Source: Nostoc punctiforme PCC 73102
GTDB taxonomy: Bacteria > Cyanobacteriota > Cyanobacteriia > Cyanobacteriales > Nostocaceae
NCBI RefSeq assembly: GCF_000020025.1
Contig: NC_010628.1
Location: 4,410,001 to 4,442,000 of the forward strand
Length of the DNA stretch: 32,000 bases
Direction of reading: 5' to 3'
Position numbers and translations under genes: made by a program. Positions 17,401 to 25,205 of this stretch are shown one piece after another. The notes beneath the pieces are model-generated. The model searched no databases and was not told the origin of the DNA. It saw only the letters and a list, made by a program, of their open reading frames with translations. How positions within the stretch are numbered: position 1 is the first letter of the stretch; every line of letters begins with the position of its first letter.

Positions 17401-17530
17401 GCGTAATGCTGACTTAATTTTGGTTTTAGATCGGGGCATTTTGGTCGAAAGCGGCACTCACGAGCAATTAATCGCTAAAAAAGGACATTATTTTTATCTC
17501 AATCAGCAACAACTAGCGCAAACAGGTTGA
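14426..17530 (+). CDS. Peptidase C39 domain-containing ABC exporter with an N-terminal cyclic-nucleotide-binding-like domain
   Basis: 1034 aa. The cNMP-like beta-roll is GSSFGELTLF...ARAS. The C39 triad context is QQSASDCGASCL, HWEGKHYVVVYEV and IGDPA. It has six-TM-type ABC membrane region, Walker A GRSGSGKTT, signature LSGGQRQR and Walker B LIFDEATSHLD. A GGAGG lies 8 nt upstream of the ATG. Confidence 0.92.
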   Translation: MPSAFSQQYLAEQITQVLGNSLSKEELDTCLEGLKIVEPQVAKQFWQATTTNTGIYIVLSGKVRLLDSSNNLITTLFSGSSFGELTLFPEKEFSPYVARASANLKLCYINQETLQEVIRTSLSVRDRLLRRAEVWDLLLLCCYNSLIGHNGSVEETFKALSLFERHNLESGSLSANLTKDIKLWLLYRGELLDSHGQRLTPGNIHVNPKDGSLQVAQSAIAYSLSNADWQTALQHWPQLAELIDSQEPQTVLESEDFGLGTRKNSSQSPIPITPYPQRGHHLPQSPIPNIEPKQKQRKQRPYFPSPKVKAGHWLGRLTKRYPFFEQQSASDCGASCLVMISRYWGKRFNVNRIRDLTNVSRSGASMRGLTAAAESIGFSTRPVKASFDKLAQQPLPAIAHWEGKHYVVVYEVNKKRVIIGDPAIGQRTLTASEFKAGWTGYALLLQPTDLLKETQEATTAFWQFFDLVKPHSQVLLEVFLASVLIQVFGLVTPLFTQLLLDRVIVQGSTLTLNAVGLGLLIFGFFRVALNGLRQYLLDHTANRLSLTLLVGFIKHTFRLPLAFFESRYVGDIVSRVQENQKIQRFLTGEALSIGLDLMTVFVYLALMFWYSWQMALFSLAIVPPFVFLALVATPFLRRISREVFNASAKENSYLIQSLTGIRSVRSMAIEQTVRWHWEELLNNVIKKTFSGQVISNQLQIFSSSIESLVTTGLLWFGAWQVIQNQLTIGQLIAFNMLLGNVIRPFQRLVVLWNQLQEVIISTERINDVLEAEPEEDLQFQPRQSLSSLRGHIVFENVTFRYHPESEINVLENLSFEIKPEQTIAVVGRSGSGKTTLSKLILGLYLPTDGKILIDGQDVTNISLRSLRSQIGVVDQDTFLFGGTIQENISIAHPEVSQEEIIEAARLAGADEFIKLMPMGYETQIGEGGGMLSGGQRQRLAIARALLGNPCFLIFDEATSHLDAESERIIQHNLTKILQGRTSLIIAHRLSTVRNADLILVLDRGILVESGTHEQLIAKKGHYFYLNQQQLAQTG
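15199..15292. repeat. STRR-type heptamer module embedded in-frame in the ABC transporter linker
   Basis: CTGGGGACTAGG ... CCCAATCCCCAATCCCCAT ... CCCCAATCCCCAATTCCCAAC. It translates as GLGTRKNSSQSPIPITPYPQRGHHLPQSPIPNIEP, between the cNMP-like region and the C39 domain. Confidence 0.6.
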
Positions 17531-17566
17531 AAGAGACTCAGAAATAGGGGATGAAGGAAATTAGAT

Positions 17567-17822
17567 ATTCGTTCATCCACCTTTGAACTGGATTCATCCA
17601 CATCAGATACTCGTTCATCCACCTTTGAACTGGATTCATCCACATCAAATACTCGTTCATCCACCTTTGAACTGGATTCATCCACATCAGATACTCGTTC
17701 ATCCACCTTTGAACCGGATTCATCCACATCAAATACTCGTTCATCCACCTTTGAACCGGATTCATCCACCTCAGATACTCGTTCATCCACCTTTGAACTG
17801 GATTCATCTACCCCAAATACTC
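17567..17822. repeat. Six tandem 42-nt units, equal to twelve 21-nt-phased TTCATCCAC boxes, between the ABC and HlyD genes
   Basis: TTCATCCAC occurs at 17572, 17593, 17614, 17635, 17656, 17677, 17698, 17719, 17740, 17761 and 17782. A degenerate TTCATCTAC is at 17803. The spacing is exactly 21 nt. Confidence 0.92.
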
Positions 17823-17885
17823 AAAATCTCCAATCCAGCCCTAATTACAAATTAGCCTGTCCCTAATCCCCAACGTCCAATTCTT

Positions 17886-19433
17886 ATGCCAAACCCATCC
17901 AATAATTCATCATCCGCCTTCGCCATCCCAAAACCAACTGAATTTCACCTGGTGGAAGACACAAATGCCATCTTTCACCCTCAAACACAAAAAACATCTG
18001 AAGCAAACGATTGGTTTTACGGCACTGAGGAACTGCTAGATGCCTTACCAAAACTCTGGACGCGCTCCATGTTGTATTTACTGGTAGGCTTTGCTGGAAT
18101 CATCTTACCTTGGGCAATGCTTTCTAAAGTTGATGAAACAGGGAGTGCTAGAGGGCGGATGGAACCTGAAGGAGCAACCCAAAAATTAGATAGTCCAGTT
18201 ACTGGTAGCATTACCGCAGTCAATGTCAAAGAAGGCTCAACTGTAAAGGCAGGACAGATTTTAGTTCAATTAGAGTCTGATGTGCTGCGAACGGATTTGC
18301 AGCAGGTGCAGACAAAACTGGAAGGTTTATTGAATCGGCGATCGCAACTGGATCTTCTGAAAAACCAAATTATCTTGACTATTAACATCCAAGAGCAACA
18401 AAATAAATCCCAAGAATTAGAAAAACTTGCTCAAGTTAGTCAGGCACAGCAAAATCTAGATGCTAAACAGAGTACCTATAACTCACAAAGACTAGAAAAA
18501 CTGGCTTTAGTACAACAAGCTAGCCAGAATATCAGTTCTACCAAAATTGCTCAAAAGTTAGCGAAGAGTCGTTTCAGCCGAGATGTCACAGAAGTTGCGC
18601 GTTATCGCCAGCTTGTGCGGCAAGGTGCAATTCCCCAAATCAAAGTTGTGGAATTAGAAAAGATTGCAGAAGAAAGTCAACGCTTACAGGAACAAGCAAA
18701 ATCTGATATCACACAAGCAAAGTTGCGCTTCAAAGAAGAACTTAACCGCTATCAGTCGTTGATGAGTCAAGCCTTTTCAGATATTCAGCAGGCAAAACTT
18801 AGTCTGCAAGAACAGCAAAGCAGCTATCGCAGTGTGGTGCAAGCAGGTAGACTAGCGGTGCTGAAAAATCAGGAACAGCTTAAAGATTTACAAGGACAAA
18901 TTACTAGCCTGCAATCAGAAATTGCTCAAACAGGAAGCCAGATTGCATCTTTACAGCTACAGATGCAGCAACGAATAGTGCGATCGCCTATTGATGGTAC
19001 AGTTTTCGAGTTGCCTATCCACAAACCAGGATCTGTAGTTGAACCAGGACAGATGATTGCCCAAATTGCGCCCAACAATACTCCTTTGATTCTCAAAGCG
19101 CAGATGCCTAGCCAACAAAGCGGTTTTTTAAAGGTAGGAATGCCAGTTAAAATCAAATTTGATGCTTATCCCTTCCAAGATTATGGGGTAGTGCAAGGAC
19201 GCGTTAGCTGGATTTCGCCTAACTCGAAAGTTCAAGCCGCTAATCAAGGTAACATCGAAACCTATGAGTTGGAAATCTCCCTACTTCAGCCCTATATCCA
19301 AACTGCCAACAAACGTATCCCTCTAACACCAGGTCAAACTGCAAGCGCAGAGGTGGTTATCCGCCAACGCCGGATTGTAGATTTTATTTTAGATCCGTTT
19401 AAGAAGTTACAACAAGGTGGTTTAGACCTATAG
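17886..19433 (+). CDS. HlyD-family periplasmic adaptor (membrane fusion protein)
   Basis: 515 aa. It has an N-terminal TM segment (LYLLVGFAGIILPWAML), a lipoyl-like motif (GSITAVNVKEGSTVKAGQILVQLES), a long Q-rich coiled coil and a C-terminal beta-barrel motif (SPIDGTVFEL). Confidence 0.9.
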   Translation: MPNPSNNSSSAFAIPKPTEFHLVEDTNAIFHPQTQKTSEANDWFYGTEELLDALPKLWTRSMLYLLVGFAGIILPWAMLSKVDETGSARGRMEPEGATQKLDSPVTGSITAVNVKEGSTVKAGQILVQLESDVLRTDLQQVQTKLEGLLNRRSQLDLLKNQIILTINIQEQQNKSQELEKLAQVSQAQQNLDAKQSTYNSQRLEKLALVQQASQNISSTKIAQKLAKSRFSRDVTEVARYRQLVRQGAIPQIKVVELEKIAEESQRLQEQAKSDITQAKLRFKEELNRYQSLMSQAFSDIQQAKLSLQEQQSSYRSVVQAGRLAVLKNQEQLKDLQGQITSLQSEIAQTGSQIASLQLQMQQRIVRSPIDGTVFELPIHKPGSVVEPGQMIAQIAPNNTPLILKAQMPSQQSGFLKVGMPVKIKFDAYPFQDYGVVQGRVSWISPNSKVQAANQGNIETYELEISLLQPYIQTANKRIPLTPGQTASAEVVIRQRRIVDFILDPFKKLQQGGLDL

Positions 19434-19498
19434 AAATTCGGTAAGTTACAGTAATTTTCAGGTAATTAAACCGTAGCTTAGAACATGAGCAACAAGAT

Positions 19499-19523
19499 CC
19501 CCGACTTTTTTAATAAGTCGGGG
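19499..19523. other. 9-bp stem-loop CCCCGACTT / AAGTCGGGG downstream of hlyD
   Basis: The stem is perfect with a 7-nt loop and lies 66 nt after the stop. No T-run follows on the plus strand, so it resembles a dispersed hairpin more than a canonical terminator. Confidence 0.4.
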
Positions 19524-19804
19524 TGAGCCTCATGGTTCAATTTCTATCAAGTATTGCTAACTTTTATTTAAGCAGTTATTTTTTTAACTTTTCATATATT
19601 TTATTGATATTCATAATTTAAATACAAAAATATTGATTTTATAAAAATCTTTTTGCAATGACACAAAATAAAATATTAAGGCTACTATTAGACAGAGGCA
19701 ATAAATAATTAAATCTAAAAATATAGTATAGATGTAATTAATATTGTCCGATTAATCCTGATAATATCCTATTGATTTAGGTTAACCATTGGAGGAATTA
19801 GATT

Positions 19805-20587
19805 ATGTCAAATGTATTGACTGTTTCTCCTGATGATATTCTTAACCACATAAAGCTTGCTTGCCAAATCCCTAATATATTAGAGTCGATCGCAACCCGA
19901 AAAATTATTGAACAGGAAGCGAAAAAAGCAGGTATTCAAATTGGTTTAGAAGAACTACAACGCGCAGCAGATAGCCTGCGTTTAGCCAACCAACTGCTTA
20001 AAGCAGAAGATACCTGGGCGTGGTTAGAAAAATATCATCTTTCTTTAGACGACTTTGAAGCAATAGCCGAAAACAACCTTCTCTCAGCCAAATTAGCAAA
20101 TCATTTATTTGCAGACAAAGCTGAACAATTTTTTTATGCACATCAACTCGATTACATTGCAGCAGTTACTTATGAAGTTGTATTAGATGATGAAGATTTA
20201 GCGCTAGAACTATTTTATGCGCTGCAAGAAGGGGAAATTAGTTTTCAACAAATCGCCCGTCAATACATTCAAAATACCGAAATACGCCGGGCTGGAGGAT
20301 ATCAAGGAATACGTCTACGCACTGATTTTAGACCGGAGATTGCAGCAGCCATATTTGCTGCTAATCCCCCACAAATTCTCAAGCCAATAACTACTCCCAA
20401 AGGAGTGCATATAATTGCAGTAGAGGAAATCATTAAACCTCAATTAGACGAGCAAAGACGACTAAAAATCATCGGAGACTTGTTTACTAATTGGTTAAAG
20501 TCACAAACTGCTGCTATGGAAATAGTAACAAAGCTCACAAAGGATGTTAGTCCTCAAGTATCTAAAGATGTGTTAATACAGGCTTAA
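19805..20587 (+). CDS. Parvulin (PpiC)-type peptidyl-prolyl isomerase-like protein with a helical N-terminal domain
   Basis: 260 aa. The C-terminal half carries the parvulin pattern GGYQG...FRPEIAAAIFAA.P.QILKPITTPKGVHIIAVEE. No signal peptide is apparent. A strong GGAGG lies 8 nt upstream. Confidence 0.75.
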   Translation: MSNVLTVSPDDILNHIKLACQIPNILESIATRKIIEQEAKKAGIQIGLEELQRAADSLRLANQLLKAEDTWAWLEKYHLSLDDFEAIAENNLLSAKLANHLFADKAEQFFYAHQLDYIAAVTYEVVLDDEDLALELFYALQEGEISFQQIARQYIQNTEIRRAGGYQGIRLRTDFRPEIAAAIFAANPPQILKPITTPKGVHIIAVEEIIKPQLDEQRRLKIIGDLFTNWLKSQTAAMEIVTKLTKDVSPQVSKDVLIQA

Positions 20588-20672
20588 TACCATCACCATC
20601 ATTTGTGGTGGCTTTAGCGCTGTTCTGATTGCAACCAATCTTTTACGCAACGCAACCATGCTACTGTTCTAA
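20577..20672 (+). pseudogene. Possible remnant of an FAD/NAD(P)-binding protein N-terminus
   Basis: A start-less frame reads TITIICGGFSAVLIATNLLRNATMLLF then stop. It resembles a Rossmann beta-alpha-beta dinucleotide-binding start. At only ~30 codons the evidence is weak. Confidence 0.3.
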
Positions 20673-20753
20673 GATAGGATTGCTACAAGTATTGACTTTA
20701 GGGGAGAGGTGACAGGTGATAGAGAATAATCTGCACCCAATCCCCTTTAAATA

Positions 20754-21266
20754 TCAGTGTTTAATTTCCAAATTAAGTATGTAGCATCCTAACTGGACTT
20801 TTTCTGCCCACAATTCATATTCCAGACGTAAATGCTCTGGTAAAGGATGTCCATTGAGAGTTAGGCTACTAGTAAAATTTCGTAACCGAATAGGGTCATT
20901 AGGTTGCAACGACTCAGTTGGCAACCAATAGCGACTAATACCATAAACGCCCTGTTCCCAAAAGTGACGGTAACTCACTTGAGCGTTACCTTGCATAGTC
21001 ATGATGACTCGATAAGGGGAAATCTCCAGCCACAAAATTCTCGGGCTGTTAGGGGCGTAAGCTTTGCTCTTACTTTGGGGAAGCGTATCCTCTGGACTTA
21101 CGACACTCTCGACTTCGCAGCTGATTAGGGGCGGTGCAGTTAGCAGCAAATGGAATCTATCAGTATCTTTTTGATACAATGTCGCGGCAGTTTCGACAAC
21201 AGACCAAATTGGTAGGTCAGTGGAAATAAGTGATAAGCACACGGGCTTGCGGTGATGAGTCAGCAT
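20754..21266 (-). CDS. Hypothetical protein (170 aa)
   Basis: A clean ATG-initiated ORF with non-repetitive, protein-like composition. No motif was recognised. Confidence 0.55.
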   Translation of the reverse strand: MLTHHRKPVCLSLISTDLPIWSVVETAATLYQKDTDRFHLLLTAPPLISCEVESVVSPEDTLPQSKSKAYAPNSPRILWLEISPYRVIMTMQGNAQVSYRHFWEQGVYGISRYWLPTESLQPNDPIRLRNFTSSLTLNGHPLPEHLRLEYELWAEKVQLGCYILNLEIKH

Positions 21267-22141
21267 GGGAGCGATAAGGGCTAAAAGCTATTGAACAAAG
21301 TGAAATGAACACTCTAGCTGTCTAATAAATCAGGATAAGGAACTAAATAGTAAAACAGGCTTAATATTAATGAATCCGCTAATTTGTTATTAAGCTACAT
21401 GAATCCGCATATAAACAGGTGTAATGTCAGCTTAGACAGCAAAAGCGGTACTTTTTCTAGAGACAGCTAATTCGTAAGCAAAGCTTGTAAATATTCTAAG
21501 GCTATAGCCTTAAAAGAGTGAAAGTCGTTTTGGATGCTAAGAAACCTTCTTGAGGGAGACTTCCCGTAGCTTGAAGTAAGTTTCATACAGCAAAAGGTGA
21601 TAGGATACTGGCAATAAGTCACCAGCAGTAAAAAACAAAGTCGCTGCTGAACTTTCGATCTATTCAAAAGCCAGTGTATCCTAATATCGGCTTCTGTTAT
21701 AACCCAGAGACCGGAATTCAAAATGTAGTATGCATTTATTTTACAAAAATACCTTAAATATTTACTGAAAACGCTGAGTATAAATACTTAATGTAGCCTG
21801 GATTTGAGGTTAACGAACAACATTGCAGGCATAGCTAACTACTCGAAATTTATCTCGAATCTATTACAAAAAATCTCATTTAGGGAAAGTTAATATTCTT
21901 ATAGAAATCCGATTTGATTTCTGTTTGCGCAGCGTGACTGACGTAGCTATAATTATTTGCATGGTGCGCGAAGCGCGATAGGAAGGCAACAGTTAAGAAG
22001 CCTCTTTGAGCTATACTAAATTTTTTCAAAAATCAAATATGAGTCCTATATAATTAAATGTATTAATTTATATCTCAAAGATGGAAAATATCTAATTATT
22101 ATGGGTATTTAATTTCTTACCTCGCTGAAGGGCGATAAAAA

Positions 22142-22363
22142 TATGTTTATGCTAATATTCCTAAGCAAGAACGCCGCGATCGCACAGAAAAGGCACTGAT
22201 AAGGGTGAGATTACCGTAACAGAGCGAATGTTTAACCGCCCAAATCAACTTTCTGAAAGTCAATAAGCCGATTTTCGTTATAGCAGATGAACCGAAGCGT
22301 GCATTAGATAGCAAAATATCCCAAGAAGTGATAAATTTGCTATCAGAATTGGACGAACAGTGA
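22142..22363 (+). pseudogene. Decayed C-terminal remnant of a MacB/LolD-type ABC ATP-binding protein
   Basis: Three frames are needed to read it. They give YVYANIPKQERRDRTEKALIRVRL, then NRPNQLSESQ (degenerate LSGGQ signature), then KPIFVIADEPKRALDSKISQEVINLLSELDEQ and stop (Walker B/D-loop). No Walker A region lies upstream. Confidence 0.55.
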
Positions 22364-22521
22364 ATGAATATTTTGATAGTAATTCACTAACAAAATATTG
22401 CAGATTCAACAAAACGAATGATTTATGTCCAGGATAGTTTAATTGTCTCTTGATTACCCAGATATGAAATAACTAATCTAGATTTTTTGCAATTGTTCTC
22501 TCTGCTCAACGGTCTTATTAC

Positions 22522-22815
22522 TTACTCATTGCTGTTAAGAATTTTTGGAACTTTAAAAAATTCGCCTTCCTGTTCAGGCGCACTGTTAAGAATACTTTCA
22601 CGATTAGCATAGGGTTGCAATTCATCCTCTCGTGTGATATTGCTAACATCAATTGCCCGTGTTGTTGGGGGTACATTACTGACATCCAGCTCATCCAACT
22701 GTTGAATATAATCCAGAATACTTCCCAATTGGGTAGTAAATTGTTCCTCTTCTTCTGGAGTCAATTCTAAACGAGCCAGATTAGCTACTTTATGAACTTG
22801 TTCTTGGTCAATCAT
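22522..22815 (-). CDS. gatC: Asp-tRNA(Asn)/Glu-tRNA(Gln) amidotransferase subunit C
   Basis: 97 aa. The sequence [34 protein letters not shown] is the canonical GatC N-terminus. Confidence 0.92.
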   Translation of the reverse strand: MIDQEQVHKVANLARLELTPEEEEQFTTQLGSILDYIQQLDELDVSNVPPTTRAIDVSNITREDELQPYANRESILNSAPEQEGEFFKVPKILNSNE

Positions 22816-22828
22816 AAATTGTTATTTG

Positions 22829-22900
22829 TCATTGGTCATTTTTCATTTTTAATTGGTCATTAGTCCTTAGCAAGTGACAAAGAACTAATGACTAATGACT
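22829..22900. repeat. TTGGTCA/TAATGAC STRR-type repeats forming an inverted pair between ycf3 and gatC
   Basis: ATTGGTCATTAGTC (about 22852) lies opposite GACTAATGACTAAT (about 22886), and the motif recurs at 22831. Confidence 0.5.
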
Positions 22901-23420
22901 AAAAGAATACGTCAATCTGCGATCGCCCGGTGGTTTTCAGCCAGTTTTGGGCTTCGATGTAGTTATTGGGAGCCATGCGAATAGCTCGAATCCAATAGTC
23001 TGCGGCTTGGTCAAAGAGTGCTTCGCCAGCCTCGTTATCTCCAGCTTCTTTTTCCTTTTCGCCTTGGTAGTGATAAATCACAGCGATATTGTTCAAGGCT
23101 TGGGGTAGGCGTGGGTTTAACTCAATTGCCTGGTGATACAGTTCTAAAGCTTTGTTGTGGTCGCCGTTGCTGGCATAGATTAGCCCCATATTGTAGAGAA
23201 TATAACCGCGATCGTTGGTATCTTCCTCTAGTGTTAGAGCTTCTTCATAGTATTCTAATGCTTCAGCATATTCCCCTTCTGCTTGGGCCGACATGCCATC
23301 TCGATAATAAACAAACGCTTCTTTAGCTTTTTTGTTGGTTGGCAGGATCTTCAAGATGATATCTGCCATCACTGTAAAGGATTTGTCAACAAAATTATCG
23401 TTTTTTTGTGTTCTTGGCAT
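22899..23420 (-). CDS. ycf3: Photosystem I assembly protein Ycf3 (TPR)
   Basis: 173 aa. It begins [27 protein letters not shown] and has three TPR units, a highly conserved Ycf3 sequence. Confidence 0.95.
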   Translation of the reverse strand: MPRTQKNDNFVDKSFTVMADIILKILPTNKKAKEAFVYYRDGMSAQAEGEYAEALEYYEEALTLEEDTNDRGYILYNMGLIYASNGDHNKALELYHQAIELNPRLPQALNNIAVIYHYQGEKEKEAGDNEAGEALFDQAADYWIRAIRMAPNNYIEAQNWLKTTGRSQIDVFF

Positions 23421-23476
23421 ATTTGTCTCTGGGTATTACTAAATATGGGGCATTGGGCATGTGGGGCATTTGGCAT

Positions 23477-23590
23477 TAAGAAGAGACAAGGGAGACAAGG
23501 AAGAAAGGGGAGACTTGTTCAATAATTCCCCCTTGTCCCCCTGCTTCCCTTCTCGCCTGTTCTCTCATCTCCCTCATCTCCCAATCCCTT
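23477..23590. repeat. Dispersed purine-arm/pyrimidine-arm hairpin repeat, copy 2
   Basis: Near-identical core to 9951-10075. A partial pyrimidine arm also appears at about 28041-28095. Confidence 0.65.
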
Positions 23591-23604
23591 AGCACGCTCA
23601 ATAG

Positions 23605-24306
23605 TTAATTTAACTGATTTGTGGGGGCGTTCTCCTCACTGAGTGGGATGATGCACTCTGGGCTATTATGCCGAGAGTTGTTTACCAAGGTGCTAACTGG
23701 ATACGAAATCATTGCTGGCGCTGGATAGGGACGCAATAGCTGCTGTAGGGTTTGGGGCGTTTGGACTTGAGAATCTAGCCATAAATCGTAATCTTTTGGC
23801 TCTAGAATCACTGGCATCCGGTCGTGGATAGGTTGAAGTAATTCGTTTGCTGCCGTTGTCAAAATTGTACAAGAGATTATTTCCCCGTTAGCAGGCGAAC
23901 ACCATTTCTCCCATAAACCTGCAAAGCCGAAGGGTTGCCCATCTTCAAGGCGAAAATAAAATGGCTGCTTTTTACCTTGTTGGCGTTGCCACTCATAAAA
24001 GCCATCAGCTAACACTAAACAGCGACGATGCTTAAAAGCCGAACGAAAAGACGGTTTTTCGGCAACAGTTTCTGCCCTAGCATTAATCAGCTTTGCTCCC
24101 ATTCCTGCGTCTTTTGCCCATGAGGGAATTAATCCCCAATGCAACTGCTGAAATTCACGCTTTTCGCTTTCGGGGTTTTGTAACACTGTTGCCACCATTT
24201 GGGTAGGTGCAATATTAAAATCGGCTGCTAAATTCAGAACTGGCTCGACATGGAAAAATTGGGCTAGAGCTTCTGCTGACTGGTTTAGAGTAAATCTTCC
24301 ACACAT
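23605..24306 (-). CDS. SOS response-associated peptidase (SRAP/YedK, abasic-site crosslinking protein)
   Basis: It has the MCGRF N-terminus, with catalytic Cys2 directly after the initiator Met, plus the PSWAKD and RMPVIL motifs. The ORF-track start at 24324 adds 6 residues that would bury Cys2, so ATG 24306 is preferred. Confidence 0.88.
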   Translation of the reverse strand: MCGRFTLNQSAEALAQFFHVEPVLNLAADFNIAPTQMVATVLQNPESEKREFQQLHWGLIPSWAKDAGMGAKLINARAETVAEKPSFRSAFKHRRCLVLADGFYEWQRQQGKKQPFYFRLEDGQPFGFAGLWEKWCSPANGEIISCTILTTAANELLQPIHDRMPVILEPKDYDLWLDSQVQTPQTLQQLLRPYPAPAMISYPVSTLVNNSRHNSPECIIPLSEENAPTNQLN

Positions 24307-24508
24307 ACTTTTATTCCCAACCACTAACTAAATTAAATAAATATCTCAATTTAGAAATCAATAATATTTTTTTTATTTTTTCAGATAATTTTATTTAGTA
24401 CTCAAAAGCTAAATTTTAAAAGAAATTATCCGGTTTTGGGAAAATATTTTGGTAAGATATTGTATTTTGAACCTTAACTTATCAACATATTGATAACTGC
24501 ATTTTAGC

Positions 24509-25120
24509 ATGGAACTACTGCGTTTGTACGATTTTTTACCTTCAGGTAATGGTTATAAGATACGTCTTTTATTCACACAACTAGGTATGCCTTTTGAGAG
24601 GGTAGAGCTTAATATTTTGAAAGGCGAGACTCGAACACCAGAGTTTTTAAGTAAAAATCCTAACGGAAAGATACCTATTCTAGAAATTGAGCCAGGGCAA
24701 TACTTAGCAGAATCAAATGCCATATTGGTATATCTGAGTGAAGGGACAGAATTTTTGCCTTATGACCGCTTTTTACGAGCGCAAGTGCTGCAATGGTTAT
24801 TTTTTGAACAGTATAGCCATGAACCTTTCATTGCTACATCAAGATTTTGGATTTCTATTTTAGGTAAAACTGAAGAATATAGTGAAGCTATCAAGGAAAA
24901 ACGCGAACCAGGTTATGCAGCACTTAGCTTGATGGAAAAACATTTAACCTCTAACACTTTTTTTGTAGGAGAGCGTTATACGATTGCTGATATTGCCTTG
25001 TTTGCTTACACTCATGTAGCTGACGAAGGTGGGTTCGATTTAACACCATTTTCTGCTATTCAAGCTTGGATAAAAAGAGTCAAAGCTCAACCAAGATATA
25101 TCAGCATTACAGAAGTATAA
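24509..25120 (+). CDS. Glutathione S-transferase
   Basis: 203 aa. The N-terminal thioredoxin-like part is SGNGYKIRLL...NPNGKIPILE...ESNAILVYL, followed by a helical C-terminal domain. Confidence 0.88.
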   Translation: MELLRLYDFLPSGNGYKIRLLFTQLGMPFERVELNILKGETRTPEFLSKNPNGKIPILEIEPGQYLAESNAILVYLSEGTEFLPYDRFLRAQVLQWLFFEQYSHEPFIATSRFWISILGKTEEYSEAIKEKREPGYAALSLMEKHLTSNTFFVGERYTIADIALFAYTHVADEGGFDLTPFSAIQAWIKRVKAQPRYISITEV

Positions 25121-25205
25121 AAAGTCGATTTTACAAGTTTGTATCTCTCATTTATTGGCTCTGCTAGGGGATATCTTGGGAAGAAGGCATACTACTCAGC
25201 AGCAA

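Noticed and set aside
14426-17530. Calling this gene hetC.
   Set aside because: The size and domain order resemble HetC-type exporters. However, the downstream gene here is hlyD rather than hetP, and I cannot verify orthology without a search.
17567-17822. CRISPR array.
   Set aside because: The repeats are directly abutting with no unique spacers, the unit is 42 nt with a 21-nt internal period, and no cas genes lie nearby.
17503-17855. Three overlapping repeat ORFs: 17503..17790(-) with VDESSSKVDERVSD repeats, 17538..17807(-) with MNPVQRWMNEYL repeats, and 17583..17855(+) with NWIHPHQILVHPPL repeats.
   Set aside because: All three arise from the same stop-free 42-nt tandem repeat. Their starts are GTG or TTG codons internal to the repeat with no SD, one overlaps the ABC gene 3' end antisense, and at most one could be real. 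They are treated as a non-coding array, with the plus frame flagged in the findings only as something to test.
21467-21721. 84-aa minus-strand ORF in the gene-poor stretch.
   Set aside because: The composition is Cys/Leu/Phe-rich and not protein-like, there is no SD, and the region is better explained as decayed or structured DNA. Confidence in the rejection is low.
23018-23525. ORFs 23018..23326(+) and 23283..23525(+).
   Set aside because: They are antisense shadows of ycf3 and a translation of the dispersed repeat.
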